This document shows positions 29,285-38,198 of a stretch of 57,457 bases of DNA, piece by piece. This DNA comes from an uncultured virus (IMG/VR IMGVR_UViG_3300024264_000009). Its lineage: Duplodnaviria > Heunggongvirae > Uroviricota > Caudoviricetes. The first letter of the stretch is position 1. Each line of letters opens with the position of its first letter. Location: the IMG/VR virus record IMGVR_UViG_3300024264_000009; one strand, 5' to 3'. A program made the translations under genes and the position numbers. A model generated the notes under the pieces. It had not been told where the DNA came from, did no database searches, and worked only from the letters and a program-made list of their open reading frames with translations.

Positions 29285-30114
29285 CAGAAATAAATCAATT
29301 ACTATCACACTTTGACCAAGGTGCAAGAGCTAACAGATTCAATGTAGCAATTACTAACATACCATTTACTGGTATTAAGATGCCAGAAGGTCATAATTTT
29401 AGATGCACATCTGCAACCTTGCCTGGAATAACATTAGGAACAAACACTGAAGATACAGGTTGGTCGGGTAGTAGAGAAATCCCTGATGGAACAATAGACT
29501 ATGGAGATTCTATTACTTTAGAGTTTATATGCACCAGTAGTTTCTTAGATAGAATCATTTTTGAACAATGGCAACAAAAGATATATGAAGGAAAACCAAT
29601 TCAGTCTGCAAAAGAGGCTTCTTTCACTGCAGACAATAGAGCAGGACAAAACCGAGGAACACTACGTCAACCAGTCATGAGATATTATAACGAATATGCT
29701 GGGGGAATGATGATAGAACAACTAAGAATAAGTGGTTCTCCTGCTATGAGATATGAATTCTTTAATGCATATCCTTTGAGTTATGCAGAAATGTCTTTAG
29801 ATGCAGACAGTCAAGAACCCCTATTAAAATTTTCAGTAGATATGGCATATTCAGATTTTGTTATCTCGTATCCTGAAAATACAGACGAACCACGAGTTAT
29901 AGAACCAATGACTAATGATGCAAGTAGTTCTAGTGGTATAAATACAGGACGTGGACTATTAGATGCAACACTTGATACTCTCAAAGTTGCTTCAAGGTTT
30001 AGTCCAAAGGCTGGAGAATACTTAACTAAGTTAAGTTCTGCAGATACCCAAATTACCCGTGCTGGGAACATAGGACGAACAATCCGTGGTCTTGGAATTG
30101 GTGGAGATGGTTAA
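29281..30114 (+). CDS. Tail-tube-fold baseplate protein (gp54/gp19-like)
   Basis: GARANRFNV; CTSATLPG; FEQWQ; YYNEY; NAYP; sits between gp2 and gp26. Confidence 0.7.
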   Translation: MTEINQLLSHFDQGARANRFNVAITNIPFTGIKMPEGHNFRCTSATLPGITLGTNTEDTGWSGSREIPDGTIDYGDSITLEFICTSSFLDRIIFEQWQQKIYEGKPIQSAKEASFTADNRAGQNRGTLRQPVMRYYNEYAGGMMIEQLRISGSPAMRYEFFNAYPLSYAEMSLDADSQEPLLKFSVDMAYSDFVISYPENTDEPRVIEPMTNDASSSSGINTGRGLLDATLDTLKVASRFSPKAGEYLTKLSSADTQITRAGNIGRTIRGLGIGGDG

Positions 30115-30139
30115 TAATTAAAAAAGTGAGGAAAATATA

Positions 30140-30844
30140 ATGGCATTACCTATACAGGCAACACCGACATATACGACAGTTCTTCCTGTAAGTGGTCAAA
30201 CAATAGAATACAGACCATTTCTAGTTAAAGAACAGAATATCTTAGTTCAAGCTAAGGAAGGTGAAGATGCAAAACGGACTATGCAATCCGTTAAAAAATT
30301 ATTGCAAGCAGTGACCAATGACAAAGTTGTTATTGAGAACTTACCAACTACGGACTTAGAATGGTTATTCATTCAAGTTAGGAAAGTTTCAGTAGGGGAA
30401 ACATCAAAATTAATGTTCCCTTGTGGAAATCCTGAATGTTCAGAGACAGAGGATTATGTCCTACATCTCGACAAGATACAAGTAGATGGTGAAGTTCCCG
30501 AATCAAAAGAAGTCATGATTACTGATAAAGTGGGTTTAACACTTAGTGTCCCAACAGTTGAACATGTCGAGAAGATACAAGACCTTGACGAGTCCAACCA
30601 GTCGGTAGAACTAATTAAAGAATCTATAGTAAACATATTTGATGAAGAACAGGTTTATGAAGGTGCAGATTTAACTCGAGTTGAGATAAATGAATTTGTA
30701 GAATCATTGACTTTCCCTCAACTAGAAGTGTTAGGTGACTGGTATGATAAATTACCAAAACTCAATGCAACAGTAGAGTGGAATTGCAAAACTTGTAGTG
30801 AAGAGAACAAGACGAAGCTAGAAGGAATACAGAATTTTTTTTAA
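30140..30844 (+). CDS. gp26: Baseplate hub assembly protein gp26-like
   Basis: MALP...PTY...LP..G..IEYRPFLVKEQ; DLEWLF..R..SVGE; two Cys pairs; ends LEGIQNFF. Confidence 0.9.
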   Translation: MALPIQATPTYTTVLPVSGQTIEYRPFLVKEQNILVQAKEGEDAKRTMQSVKKLLQAVTNDKVVIENLPTTDLEWLFIQVRKVSVGETSKLMFPCGNPECSETEDYVLHLDKIQVDGEVPESKEVMITDKVGLTLSVPTVEHVEKIQDLDESNQSVELIKESIVNIFDEEQVYEGADLTRVEINEFVESLTFPQLEVLGDWYDKLPKLNATVEWNCKTCSEENKTKLEGIQNFF

Positions 30845-31038
30845 TAGCTCTTTCTCATGAAAGTGTGTTCAATCATTATAACACTAACTTTCAGTTAATG
30901 CAACACCACAAGTATTCATTAACTGAGTTAGATAATATGATTCCTTGGGAAAGAGAAATTTACATTAAACTTCTCATGCAACATCTTGAAGAAGAAAAAC
31001 AGAGACAACAAGCGGAGAACGCAAAGTCTCGTAGATAA
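30841..31038 (+). CDS. gp51: gp51-like hub assembly module, missing from the ORF track; probably translated as a -1 frameshift extension of gp26
   Basis: -1 frame reads LIALSHESVFNHYNTNFQLMQHHKYSLTELDNMIPWEREIYIKLLMQHLEEEKQRQQAENAKSRR*; the first ATG (30898) has no SD and lies inside the conserved block. Confidence 0.85.
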   Translation, partial: LIALSHESVFNHYNTNFQLMQHHKYSLTELDNMIPWEREIYIKLLMQHLEEEKQRQQAENAKSRR

Positions 31039-31055
31039 TCAAGAAGGATAGTATT

Positions 31056-31442
31056 ATGGGTGATAAAGACGAAAAGGATAAGTCAACCAATGAAGTAGAG
31101 ATTTCCTTAGAGAAATACATGGCTCTTATCGATAAACTCGATGAACAAGAAGACAACATTAAAGAAATGCAAGAGGAAGCTAAGAAGGCACGTGCTGGAT
31201 TAGCACCCCCTAAAAGAAAAGTAATGGATTTGTTTTTAGATGACAATGACATAAATGAGAAATCTATTATAGGTTTTATATCTTTCTTTTTAATGGTAGT
31301 GTTTGGAATAACAGACCTAATGACTGCATTATTATTTGATATGGATTTAAAAGTTTCAGAAACAATCTACACATCATTTGTGGTAGTGACACTTGGTGCA
31401 TTTGGTATCAGTGAAGCTGGTAAAGCATTCGGTGGAAAATAG
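31056..31442 (+). CDS. Membrane protein (coiled coil + 2 TM helices)
   Basis: Hydrophobic IIGFISFFLMVVFGI and IYTSFVVVTLGAFGI; lies between gp51 and the tape measure. Confidence 0.75.
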   Translation: MGDKDEKDKSTNEVEISLEKYMALIDKLDEQEDNIKEMQEEAKKARAGLAPPKRKVMDLFLDDNDINEKSIIGFISFFLMVVFGITDLMTALLFDMDLKVSETIYTSFVVVTLGAFGISEAGKAFGGK

Positions 31443-31454
31443 GACATAACGTAA

Positions 31455-33920
31455 ATGGCTGATGACAAAACTATAAAGCAACAGAGAGAAGAATTTGCAA
31501 AAGAAATACGGGACGTTAACAAAGAGTTAAAGCCTGGATTTCAAAAGATTATTAAAAATCTTGAAGAAGCTTCCCCTCAGATTGCAAAGATTACTGCAGA
31601 CTTTAGAGCGTCTAGCAAAGATACCTTTAAGGGTGCATTAGCCACTAAGAAGTTAAAAGGATTAACTGGTCTTGTCGACAAATACATGAAAGAAGGTCAA
31701 GATGCACTTGACCCTAAAGAACTCAAAGCACTACAAAGTAATTTTTCACAAGAGATTGATGGTGTAATGCAAACTTTCGATTTCGATGGAATGAGAAATG
31801 CACAAATAGAATTCAATGAGACCCAAGATAAAATCTCAGAACTTGAAGACGCTAGACAAGCAAGAATAGATAAATCAATGCAGAAAAATCATCTTCTTGG
31901 TCAATTAGATAAAGAATTAGCAGAGTTAGAGGTTAAGTCTAAAACTCTTCAAGGTGGTGCCTTGAATTTCACCATGTCGGAGATTAAAAGAGTTGAAGAA
32001 TTAAGAGAGCAAAAAGAAAAAGAAATCACTGCAGCGATTCAAAGAGAGATAGACAAAGAAAAAGAAACTTTAGAAGTAAGAAGTGCCGCATTAGAATCAA
32101 CTACTGAAGAGTATAAAAAAGGTTTAGAGAAAGCAACTGACTACAAAGGAATGACCAAGTTCAGTGAAGGACTAGACGAACTAATAGGTATTGACTTACT
32201 TGGAATGGCAGACACCTTTACTAAAAAGATAAATGCATTCGGTGACGTAATGAAAGGTATCGGTGATGCATTAAAGAATCCCGTGAAAAAATTCAAAGAG
32301 AAGTTCGGGCCTGCACTTGAAGGTGTGACTAGTGTCTTTAGTAGAGGAGAAAAATCTCAATCTGATTCAGGTGATAAGAAAGGAATGCTGGGTAGTATAC
32401 TTGGTAGTAAGAAAGGTGAGAAAGAAGGTGCAATTGCAAAGGCATTACCTTCAACTGCAGACAAATCAATCATACCTTCTAAAGGAAGTAAGAGTGGTGG
32501 ATTCCTAAAAAGTATTGCAGAAGGTGTTAAGAAGTTTGGAGATAGTAAAGTTCTTAAAGGTGCAATCTCTATGGCACTATTAGGAGGTTCAGTAGGACTA
32601 CTTGCAATAGGATTAAAACAATTTAATGGTGTAGACTTTAAACAAATGGGTAAAGGTCTAATTGCAATGACTGGATTAGTTTTACTTGCAAAAATGTTAA
32701 GAAGGTCAACAGGTGCAATGCTCAAAGGTTCATTAGCCGTTTTAGCACTTGGAGCTGCAATGGTTCCACTTGCATTTTCACTTAACTTAATGAAAGACGT
32801 TGGACTTGGAACCATAGGTGTTATTGCAGCTGCATTAATAACACTAGGTGTTGCAGCTGCATTACTAGGTAGTTTTGTTCCACTAATTGCACTAGGAGCT
32901 CTTGCAATTGGTTTACTAGGTGCATCTCTAATTCCATTTGCATATGCAGCCGACTTAGCTGCAAAAGCATTCGGAAATTTTGTGCCAGACATAATGATGT
33001 TAAGTCAAGTTGACGGATTAAACCTTATAGCAGTCGGTGCTGGATTAGCTGCAATCGGTGCTGGTCTAGTAGCAATGACTGGTGGTAGTCTTATAGGAAG
33101 TTTACTTGAAGGTTTAGGAAGTTTATTTGGTGCAAAATCACCAATGGAAAAGGTCACTGAGTTTGCAAAAGGTTTAGAAAATGTAAATATGAAACCTCTA
33201 CTTGACTTAGGTGAAGCATTCAAAAACTTAGGTAGTGTTGGTAATGTAATTACCATGTTTAAGAATTTAAAACCTTCAACCAATAACCTTAATAATTTCT
33301 CAGAAGCAATAGACACACTAACAGAAGCAATGATTAGACTTGACAAAGGTGTCCCTAAAGAATTGTCTTGGTATGAAAAGATGAAAAGTCTTGCTGGTAA
33401 AGTTATGGGAACTACCGAACAAGAAAGAATTGAAGGTCAAATGGAACAGTCCGAAGAGAAACTTATAAGAAAAGAAACTCAAAGAGACAGAGACAGAATG
33501 GCAATAAATGAACCTCAAGAGAAACTTGTAAGAAGAAAAACTAAAAGAGACAGAGATTATATTCAACCTGCGTCGGATTCTGCAATGTCTATGGAAATGG
33601 CAGAGGTGCGAAATGCATTTATTGTAGAGAAAGAAAGATACAATAAACTCCAACAAAGAATGATGGAACACAATGCTAAGTATCCTGGCTTGTATACTGA
33701 AACACAAATAACTGCAGCTGGAAATCCAAACACTGGTAATAATATCAAAGGTCAAAGAATGGAAACTTACTCTGCAAGTGGAACCACAACAACCAATTCA
33801 AATGTTATGTCGAATGTCACTAACAATAACAGTGGACAAACTTATACCAATGTTAATGCACCTAAGACTATGAATGACGAACCTACACAAGGTAAGTTAT
33901 CTCCAGTTCCAACTTGGTAA
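31455..33920 (+). CDS. Tape measure protein (gp29-like)
   Basis: 821 aa; coiled-coil N-half, Ala/Gly/Leu hydrophobic repeats, N/T-rich C-terminus; downstream of gp26/gp51. Confidence 0.75.
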   Translation: MADDKTIKQQREEFAKEIRDVNKELKPGFQKIIKNLEEASPQIAKITADFRASSKDTFKGALATKKLKGLTGLVDKYMKEGQDALDPKELKALQSNFSQEIDGVMQTFDFDGMRNAQIEFNETQDKISELEDARQARIDKSMQKNHLLGQLDKELAELEVKSKTLQGGALNFTMSEIKRVEELREQKEKEITAAIQREIDKEKETLEVRSAALESTTEEYKKGLEKATDYKGMTKFSEGLDELIGIDLLGMADTFTKKINAFGDVMKGIGDALKNPVKKFKEKFGPALEGVTSVFSRGEKSQSDSGDKKGMLGSILGSKKGEKEGAIAKALPSTADKSIIPSKGSKSGGFLKSIAEGVKKFGDSKVLKGAISMALLGGSVGLLAIGLKQFNGVDFKQMGKGLIAMTGLVLLAKMLRRSTGAMLKGSLAVLALGAAMVPLAFSLNLMKDVGLGTIGVIAAALITLGVAAALLGSFVPLIALGALAIGLLGASLIPFAYAADLAAKAFGNFVPDIMMLSQVDGLNLIAVGAGLAAIGAGLVAMTGGSLIGSLLEGLGSLFGAKSPMEKVTEFAKGLENVNMKPLLDLGEAFKNLGSVGNVITMFKNLKPSTNNLNNFSEAIDTLTEAMIRLDKGVPKELSWYEKMKSLAGKVMGTTEQERIEGQMEQSEEKLIRKETQRDRDRMAINEPQEKLVRRKTKRDRDYIQPASDSAMSMEMAEVRNAFIVEKERYNKLQQRMMEHNAKYPGLYTETQITAAGNPNTGNNIKGQRMETYSASGTTTTNSNVMSNVTNNNSGQTYTNVNAPKTMNDEPTQGKLSPVPTW

Positions 33921-34118
33921 TTAAATAGTTTTATACTTCCCTTTACGAGGGATTGTCTTTGTTTTATCTTTATGAATCTGAGTAGACCCATGGGTAGGTG
34001 TTTCTTTACGAACAGAGATTTCAGGTTTAGGTTTGCCAAAGATTTTCTCCCAGTTATCTGAGTAGAGTTTATCGTCTGAGTTCCTTCTTTTGGAACCTTT
34101 CCCTCCGTGCCAGTTCAT
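33921..34118 (-). CDS. Small basic hypothetical protein
   Basis: WHGGKGSKRR...YSDNWEKIFGK; ATGA-coupled. Confidence 0.75.
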   Translation of the reverse strand: MNWHGGKGSKRRNSDDKLYSDNWEKIFGKPKPEISVRKETPTHGSTQIHKDKTKTIPRKGKYKTI

Positions 34119-34291
34119 GTGTATCTCTCTTCTGCTGTTTCCTGTATAGGTGAATCAATATAATCTTTAGGTGTATTCAATGGTGGTTGATAGTTTAAGT
34201 AGATATAGATTGCACCAATCAATCCTAGTATTCCGATAGTTGCAGAGATGAGAAATTGTCTAATGATTCGTTTCTCTCTTTTTGTTCTCAT
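34115..34291 (-). CDS. Small single-TM protein (58 aa; not in the ORF track)
   Basis: [34 protein letters not shown]...; ATGA overlaps at both ends. Confidence 0.7.
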   Translation of the reverse strand: MRTKREKRIIRQFLISATIGILGLIGAIYIYLNYQPPLNTPKDYIDSPIQETAEERYT

Positions 34292-34533
34292 CTAACTCCT
34301 CTAACTCTACGATTTTGTTCTAGTAATGATTTCTTCTTATTGAGTTTCTTTCTTCTTTTTAATTCTTGATTCTTCTGATTCCTAGTGTCGTTAGGTTTCT
34401 CGTGATACTTTCTATCTCTGCATTCTTGCACGATACCTTTCTTCTCACATTCTTTTTTAAAGCGTCTTAACACTTTATCGAATGGTTCTTCCATTCTATT
34501 CTTTGGATTTACTCTTGGTTTAACACTTGGCAT
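34288..34533 (-). CDS. rpsU: Phage-encoded ribosomal protein bS21
   Basis: MPSVK...[28 protein letters not shown] plus a basic tail matches the bS21 pattern. Confidence 0.9.
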   Translation of the reverse strand: MPSVKPRVNPKNRMEEPFDKVLRRFKKECEKKGIVQECRDRKYHEKPNDTRNQKNQELKRRKKLNKKKSLLEQNRRVRGVR

Positions 34534-34534
34534 A

Positions 34535-35416
34535 TTATTTGAAAAATTGTTCTAGAGACTCCTCTCTATTTTTTATTGTATCTGAACTATATTCTAGTTC
34601 CCCTTCTTTACGAAACACTAAGATGAATTCATGCACCTTTGCAGTGTATCTTTTACTTGCACATTTACCCGCTTGTAAAGCTGCAAATATAGTGTCGTTC
34701 TTCATTACAATTATATCATGTAATTTCAGACCCGACTTAGTGAACATATTTATAGTATCTGAATGAAAAGGTTTGTATTCTCCGTCTCTTCTCCAATCAC
34801 CACAAACCCAAACTGCAAAACCTCCTGGCTTTAAAACTCGTTCTATGTTATCTCCACAAACTTGTATCCTATTACAAAAGTCTTCATACTTTCTTAGGTC
34901 GGATAACTGACCTTCTGCACTTTCGTATCTTTCTATATCACCATAAGGTGGACAAGTCATAACTAAGTTTGCAGATTCATCGGGTGTTGATTTCATTTCA
35001 CACCCGTCTTCTTCATAAATGGTTGCACCGAGTTCATGTCTGTCTAACTCGTGTCTAACTCTATCGACTGTTTCAGAAGATACATCATAACCATAATAGT
35101 TTCTTCCTAAAGATTGCGATACGAATGCACGTGTCAATCTTCCAGCAAATGGGTCAACGATTGTATCACCAACCATAGACCAATAGTGAACTATGTTCTC
35201 ACATAAACCAGCATGAAACTCACTCATCATTAACCCGTTAGGAAGACGAGGACAAACTCCTCTCTTCTCTTCGTATGCAGTTAAGTATGCATCGTCCCAA
35301 TTGTTCTTAGACGATTTAGTTGGAGTGATAACTGATTGTGGGTTCCAACCAAACTGGTCAATAACCCTCTCGTTCTCATTCCATGGTAGTATATTTTTGT
35401 AGTATTCACTTTTCAT
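34535..35416 (-). CDS. DNA amino-methyltransferase (N4-C/N6-A)
   Basis: Motif I VDPFAG; motif [21 protein letters not shown]. Confidence 0.88.
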   Translation of the reverse strand: MKSEYYKNILPWNENERVIDQFGWNPQSVITPTKSSKNNWDDAYLTAYEEKRGVCPRLPNGLMMSEFHAGLCENIVHYWSMVGDTIVDPFAGRLTRAFVSQSLGRNYYGYDVSSETVDRVRHELDRHELGATIYEEDGCEMKSTPDESANLVMTCPPYGDIERYESAEGQLSDLRKYEDFCNRIQVCGDNIERVLKPGGFAVWVCGDWRRDGEYKPFHSDTINMFTKSGLKLHDIIVMKNDTIFAALQAGKCASKRYTAKVHEFILVFRKEGELEYSSDTIKNREESLEQFFK

Positions 35417-35432
35417 AATATAATCTTAAATA

Positions 35433-35592
35433 GTGTGAAGTCACCCCACGCCTTACAGCAACCCGTTCTTCACCGACCAATCCGCTTATGCTATTGACCT
35501 TTCCCTTACTAAGTATCCCCATGTCCACGACCTTAGTGTTGTAGTCGTCATTTCAAATTATTCATAATGAATTAAACGACTACCCCATGTAG
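35433..35592 (-). ncRNA. Candidate structured RNA (four stems plus a possible pseudoknot)
   Basis: GC-rich gap with stems GTAGTCGT/ACGACTAC, ACTAAG/CTTAGT, GGTCAAT/ATTGGTC and GTGAAG/CTTCAC; G-U pairs favour the minus strand. Confidence 0.55.
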
Positions 35593-35595
35593 AAA

Positions 35596-36495
35596 CTAAC
35601 TATCAGAAGCTAGTTTCTTAAAGTAATCCATCGCGTCATCTTCTTCAACTTGTGGAGTAGATTCTGCTGATGCGATTACAGGTTCCTCTGCAACAGTCTC
35701 AGTGTTTACATTTGACCAAGGCACTTCGTCTAGGTCTTCAGCAACTGATTCTGCAGTAGCAGTAGATACACTTCCAGTGAGTCCGAGAACTCTATCGAGT
35801 TTCTCTTTTAGTTCGTCATAAGACTTGAACTCACTTGGTGCAATTACATCTGATAAAGAATATGTTGAATTATTTATCTCATTCAACCTATTTTCATCAT
35901 CAAAAAGTGGTGAAGGACTTTCGAACTCTGATTTATCATAGTTCCAGTATCCGTCTACTTTTCTGATTTTGATTTTAAAGTTTGCACCTTCTCCTCTCAA
36001 ATCAAAAGGATTGATTGGAGCTTCGTCATCAAACGCAGGTGAGATAGCTTCTTTGAGTTGTTCAAAGATTTTTTTACCAAATCTGTATTTGAAGACTTTA
36101 CCTTCATTGTCGGGATTTTTAGGGTCTGAAACAACATAGACATTTGACACATAATGTAAACGTCTTTTTTGTTTACGTGCAATCTCTTTATTTGCTTCGA
36201 TACCTGTATTCCACAACGTTGAATTGTATTCAGAGACAGGGTCTTGTTTATTAAGAGTCGTTAAAGACTTCTCAATATACCAGCCACCTGGCCCTTGGAA
36301 CCCGTGGTCGAAGTATGATACCCAAGGCATCTCTTCTCCTTCGGGAGTAGGTAAAAAACGAACCACTGCATAACCATTACCAGTTTTATCTAGTTCGGGT
36401 TTCCACATAGTGTCGTCTGAGTAGGATTTTTTAGCACCTTCTGTAGGTGAAGCCGTTTCCATGGCTGCTCTTAGTTTATCTAATGATGTTGACAT
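35596..36495 (-). CDS. gp32: Single-stranded DNA-binding protein gp32
   Basis: WKPELDKTGNGYAVVRFLP; HGFQGPGGWYIE; KYRFGKKIF; NYDKSEF; acidic tail. Confidence 0.97.
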   Translation of the reverse strand: MSTSLDKLRAAMETASPTEGAKKSYSDDTMWKPELDKTGNGYAVVRFLPTPEGEEMPWVSYFDHGFQGPGGWYIEKSLTTLNKQDPVSEYNSTLWNTGIEANKEIARKQKRRLHYVSNVYVVSDPKNPDNEGKVFKYRFGKKIFEQLKEAISPAFDDEAPINPFDLRGEGANFKIKIRKVDGYWNYDKSEFESPSPLFDDENRLNEINNSTYSLSDVIAPSEFKSYDELKEKLDRVLGLTGSVSTATAESVAEDLDEVPWSNVNTETVAEEPVIASAESTPQVEEDDAMDYFKKLASDS

Positions 36496-36541
36496 TGTAT
36501 TCTCCTATTGTATTATCATTTTATTAGCATTGTATATGTCT

Positions 36542-36600
36542 ATTATACACCCTTTCGTATAAAAATACAAGAGGGTTTCTAATCGACATTCGTATTTAGT
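36542..36600 (-). promoter_or_regulatory. gp32 control region: sigma70-type promoter TTGTAT-17-TATAAT, upstream late promoter ACTAAATA and a hairpin
   Basis: -35 at 36565-36570, -10 at 36542-36547, late motif at 36593-36600; imperfect inverted repeat CCCTCTTGTAT...ATACGAAAGGG. Confidence 0.6.
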
Positions 36601-36612
36601 GTTTCTTAGAAT

Positions 36613-37203
36613 CTACTGGCACAACTCAATCAATACCCCTTTATACTTCTTAATGTCTACAGATACAAAGGACTTGTATTTGTTTATCTTATTCTGTATA
36701 TCGGGATAGACTAAGTTTTCTGAAATCAATCGTTCCCAATCATTAGTATAACCAATGATTTCATCTAAAATACACATCGTCTCGAGGGATATCTTTTTAC
36801 CTAAGAACTCTTTTAAGAGTATAGGGTGTTGTCCGTTTTTCACTTCTAACACTTTATTGATATTCCTCTTACGAAGTAAATCAGCAACTTCCGTTTCAAA
36901 AAGATACGTTAGTTTCTGATTTCTGTTCTTCCAGTCCTTATAGACTTTGACACACTCGTTATCAAGTAGGTCTCCCGCCCATAAGTCTTTCAGAGACAAG
37001 TTTGCAATGTAAAAGTCTTGCAATTCTTGTTTGTGGGTTTTGAACAATTTACCAAAATGGTATTTGTCCTTCCGTTTAAGAAATGAGTTTATATCACTTT
37101 TGACTTTACCATTATATTTGATAAAGTCATAATCTTTAGAATGGAAATGTAATTTTATTCCAAGATAAAGAGTGTATGCATCATATCCTTCACGACTTGT
37201 CAT
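36613..37203 (-). CDS. gp59: Helicase loader gp59
   Basis: YLGIKLHF...YDFIKYNGK; SFLKRKDKYHF; ISLET; adjacent to gp32 and gp33. Confidence 0.9.
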   Translation of the reverse strand: MTSREGYDAYTLYLGIKLHFHSKDYDFIKYNGKVKSDINSFLKRKDKYHFGKLFKTHKQELQDFYIANLSLKDLWAGDLLDNECVKVYKDWKNRNQKLTYLFETEVADLLRKRNINKVLEVKNGQHPILLKEFLGKKISLETMCILDEIIGYTNDWERLISENLVYPDIQNKINKYKSFVSVDIKKYKGVLIELCQ

Positions 37204-37490
37204 TAAGTTATTATCTTCTTTTCCTTTGGAATTTCGATACCACTTACTGCAGTCAAGTGTGCTTCCGACACTTCTTTATTACACTTAGCAATAAAGACGT
37301 ATGAACCGAAAATCATTTCAGTTGGATTTACTTCACCTGTCACTGCAACACCTTTAGAGAAACCCATTCCTCCTTCGGGTGTGTTGACAATCATTTTGGG
37401 GTTTGCAAGTGTCACTGGTTTACTAGAAACCAACTCACCAACATACTCACCACTTGTAGCAACTACTGCTACTATATCACCTTTTTTCAT
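37203..37490 (-). CDS. Hypothetical protein (possible Sm-like fold)
   Basis: GDIVAVV..SGEYVGEL; SGIEIP tail; SD present. Confidence 0.7.
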   Translation of the reverse strand: MKKGDIVAVVATSGEYVGELVSSKPVTLANPKMIVNTPEGGMGFSKGVAVTGEVNPTEMIFGSYVFIAKCNKEVSEAHLTAVSGIEIPKEKKIIT

Positions 37491-37501
37491 AATAACTCCT
37501 A

Positions 37502-37741
37502 TTAGTCTGAAAAGAAACTGGATATTGTTCCTTTAGGATTCTTACCTCTATTAATTAAATTGAGACCAGCTGCTTCTGCTTCTAGTTTCTCTTTAAGAGG
37601 TTGAGACAATAACCTCTTTGCAGACTCGGGTTCTACATTGTTTAGTTCACAAACTTTTACAATTGCAGACATGATATCTGCACCCCTTCCTCTGACTATT
37701 AAACGTTCTACTTGTTCTGAAAATTCTTTACGGGTAATCAT
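37502..37741 (-). CDS. gp33: Late transcription co-activator gp33
   Basis: FSEQVE; AIV.VCE.NNVEPES..RLLS.PLKEKLEAEA..LNLI. Confidence 0.9.
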   Translation of the reverse strand: MITRKEFSEQVERLIVRGRGADIMSAIVKVCELNNVEPESAKRLLSQPLKEKLEAEAAGLNLINRGKNPKGTISSFFSD

Positions 37742-37742
37742 A

Positions 37743-38198
37743 TTAAAACCTTGTATTGTATCTGTTGTCGGGGTCTACTTCGTCTGCAATTAAAGGTAGT
37801 CCAAAGAAGTGTTCACAATCCCATGAGTCATAGTTGTTTTCAAATAACCAGTCATGTCCTTCTTCTTCAAGTAGTTCTTCCATTTCGTCTTCGTCTGCTT
37901 CACTACCTTCTGCAAGGTGGATATAATAGTCACGTCCACACTCGTCAAATGATTCTAAAAATTCATTCTCTTCGAACTCACAAGGTTCCATATCACCAGT
38001 TGCATCTTCTGAAAGATATGCTTCTAACATTTCCTTCTCTTCCTCGTTAGTAATCTTAACGATATATGCACCACTTCTCCATAGTGCTTCTATGACTACT
38101 CTATCTTCGTTGTCATTGTTCTTAAACACTTCACGTTCAGTGTAAGACTTTTTAAACTTCGGGTAGATATGATATTCTTTTCCTACTTCAATGTTCAT
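37743..38198 (-). CDS. Acidic hypothetical protein
   Basis: 151-aa D/E-rich ORF, coupled to its neighbours. Confidence 0.75.
   Translation of the reverse strand: MNIEVGKEYHIYPKFKKSYTEREVFKNNDNEDRVVIEALWRSGAYIVKITNEEEKEMLEAYLSEDATGDMEPCEFEENEFLESFDECGRDYYIHLAEGSEADEDEMEELLEEEGHDWLFENNYDSWDCEHFFGLPLIADEVDPDNRYNTRF

Noticed and set aside
35433..35510. Cobalamin or SAM riboswitch, or tRNA, in the gap downstream of gp32
   Set aside because: AAGGGAA and GCTGTAA resemble B12-element fragments, but the overall architecture does not fit; no cloverleaf or T-loop is present. Kept as an unknown RNA.
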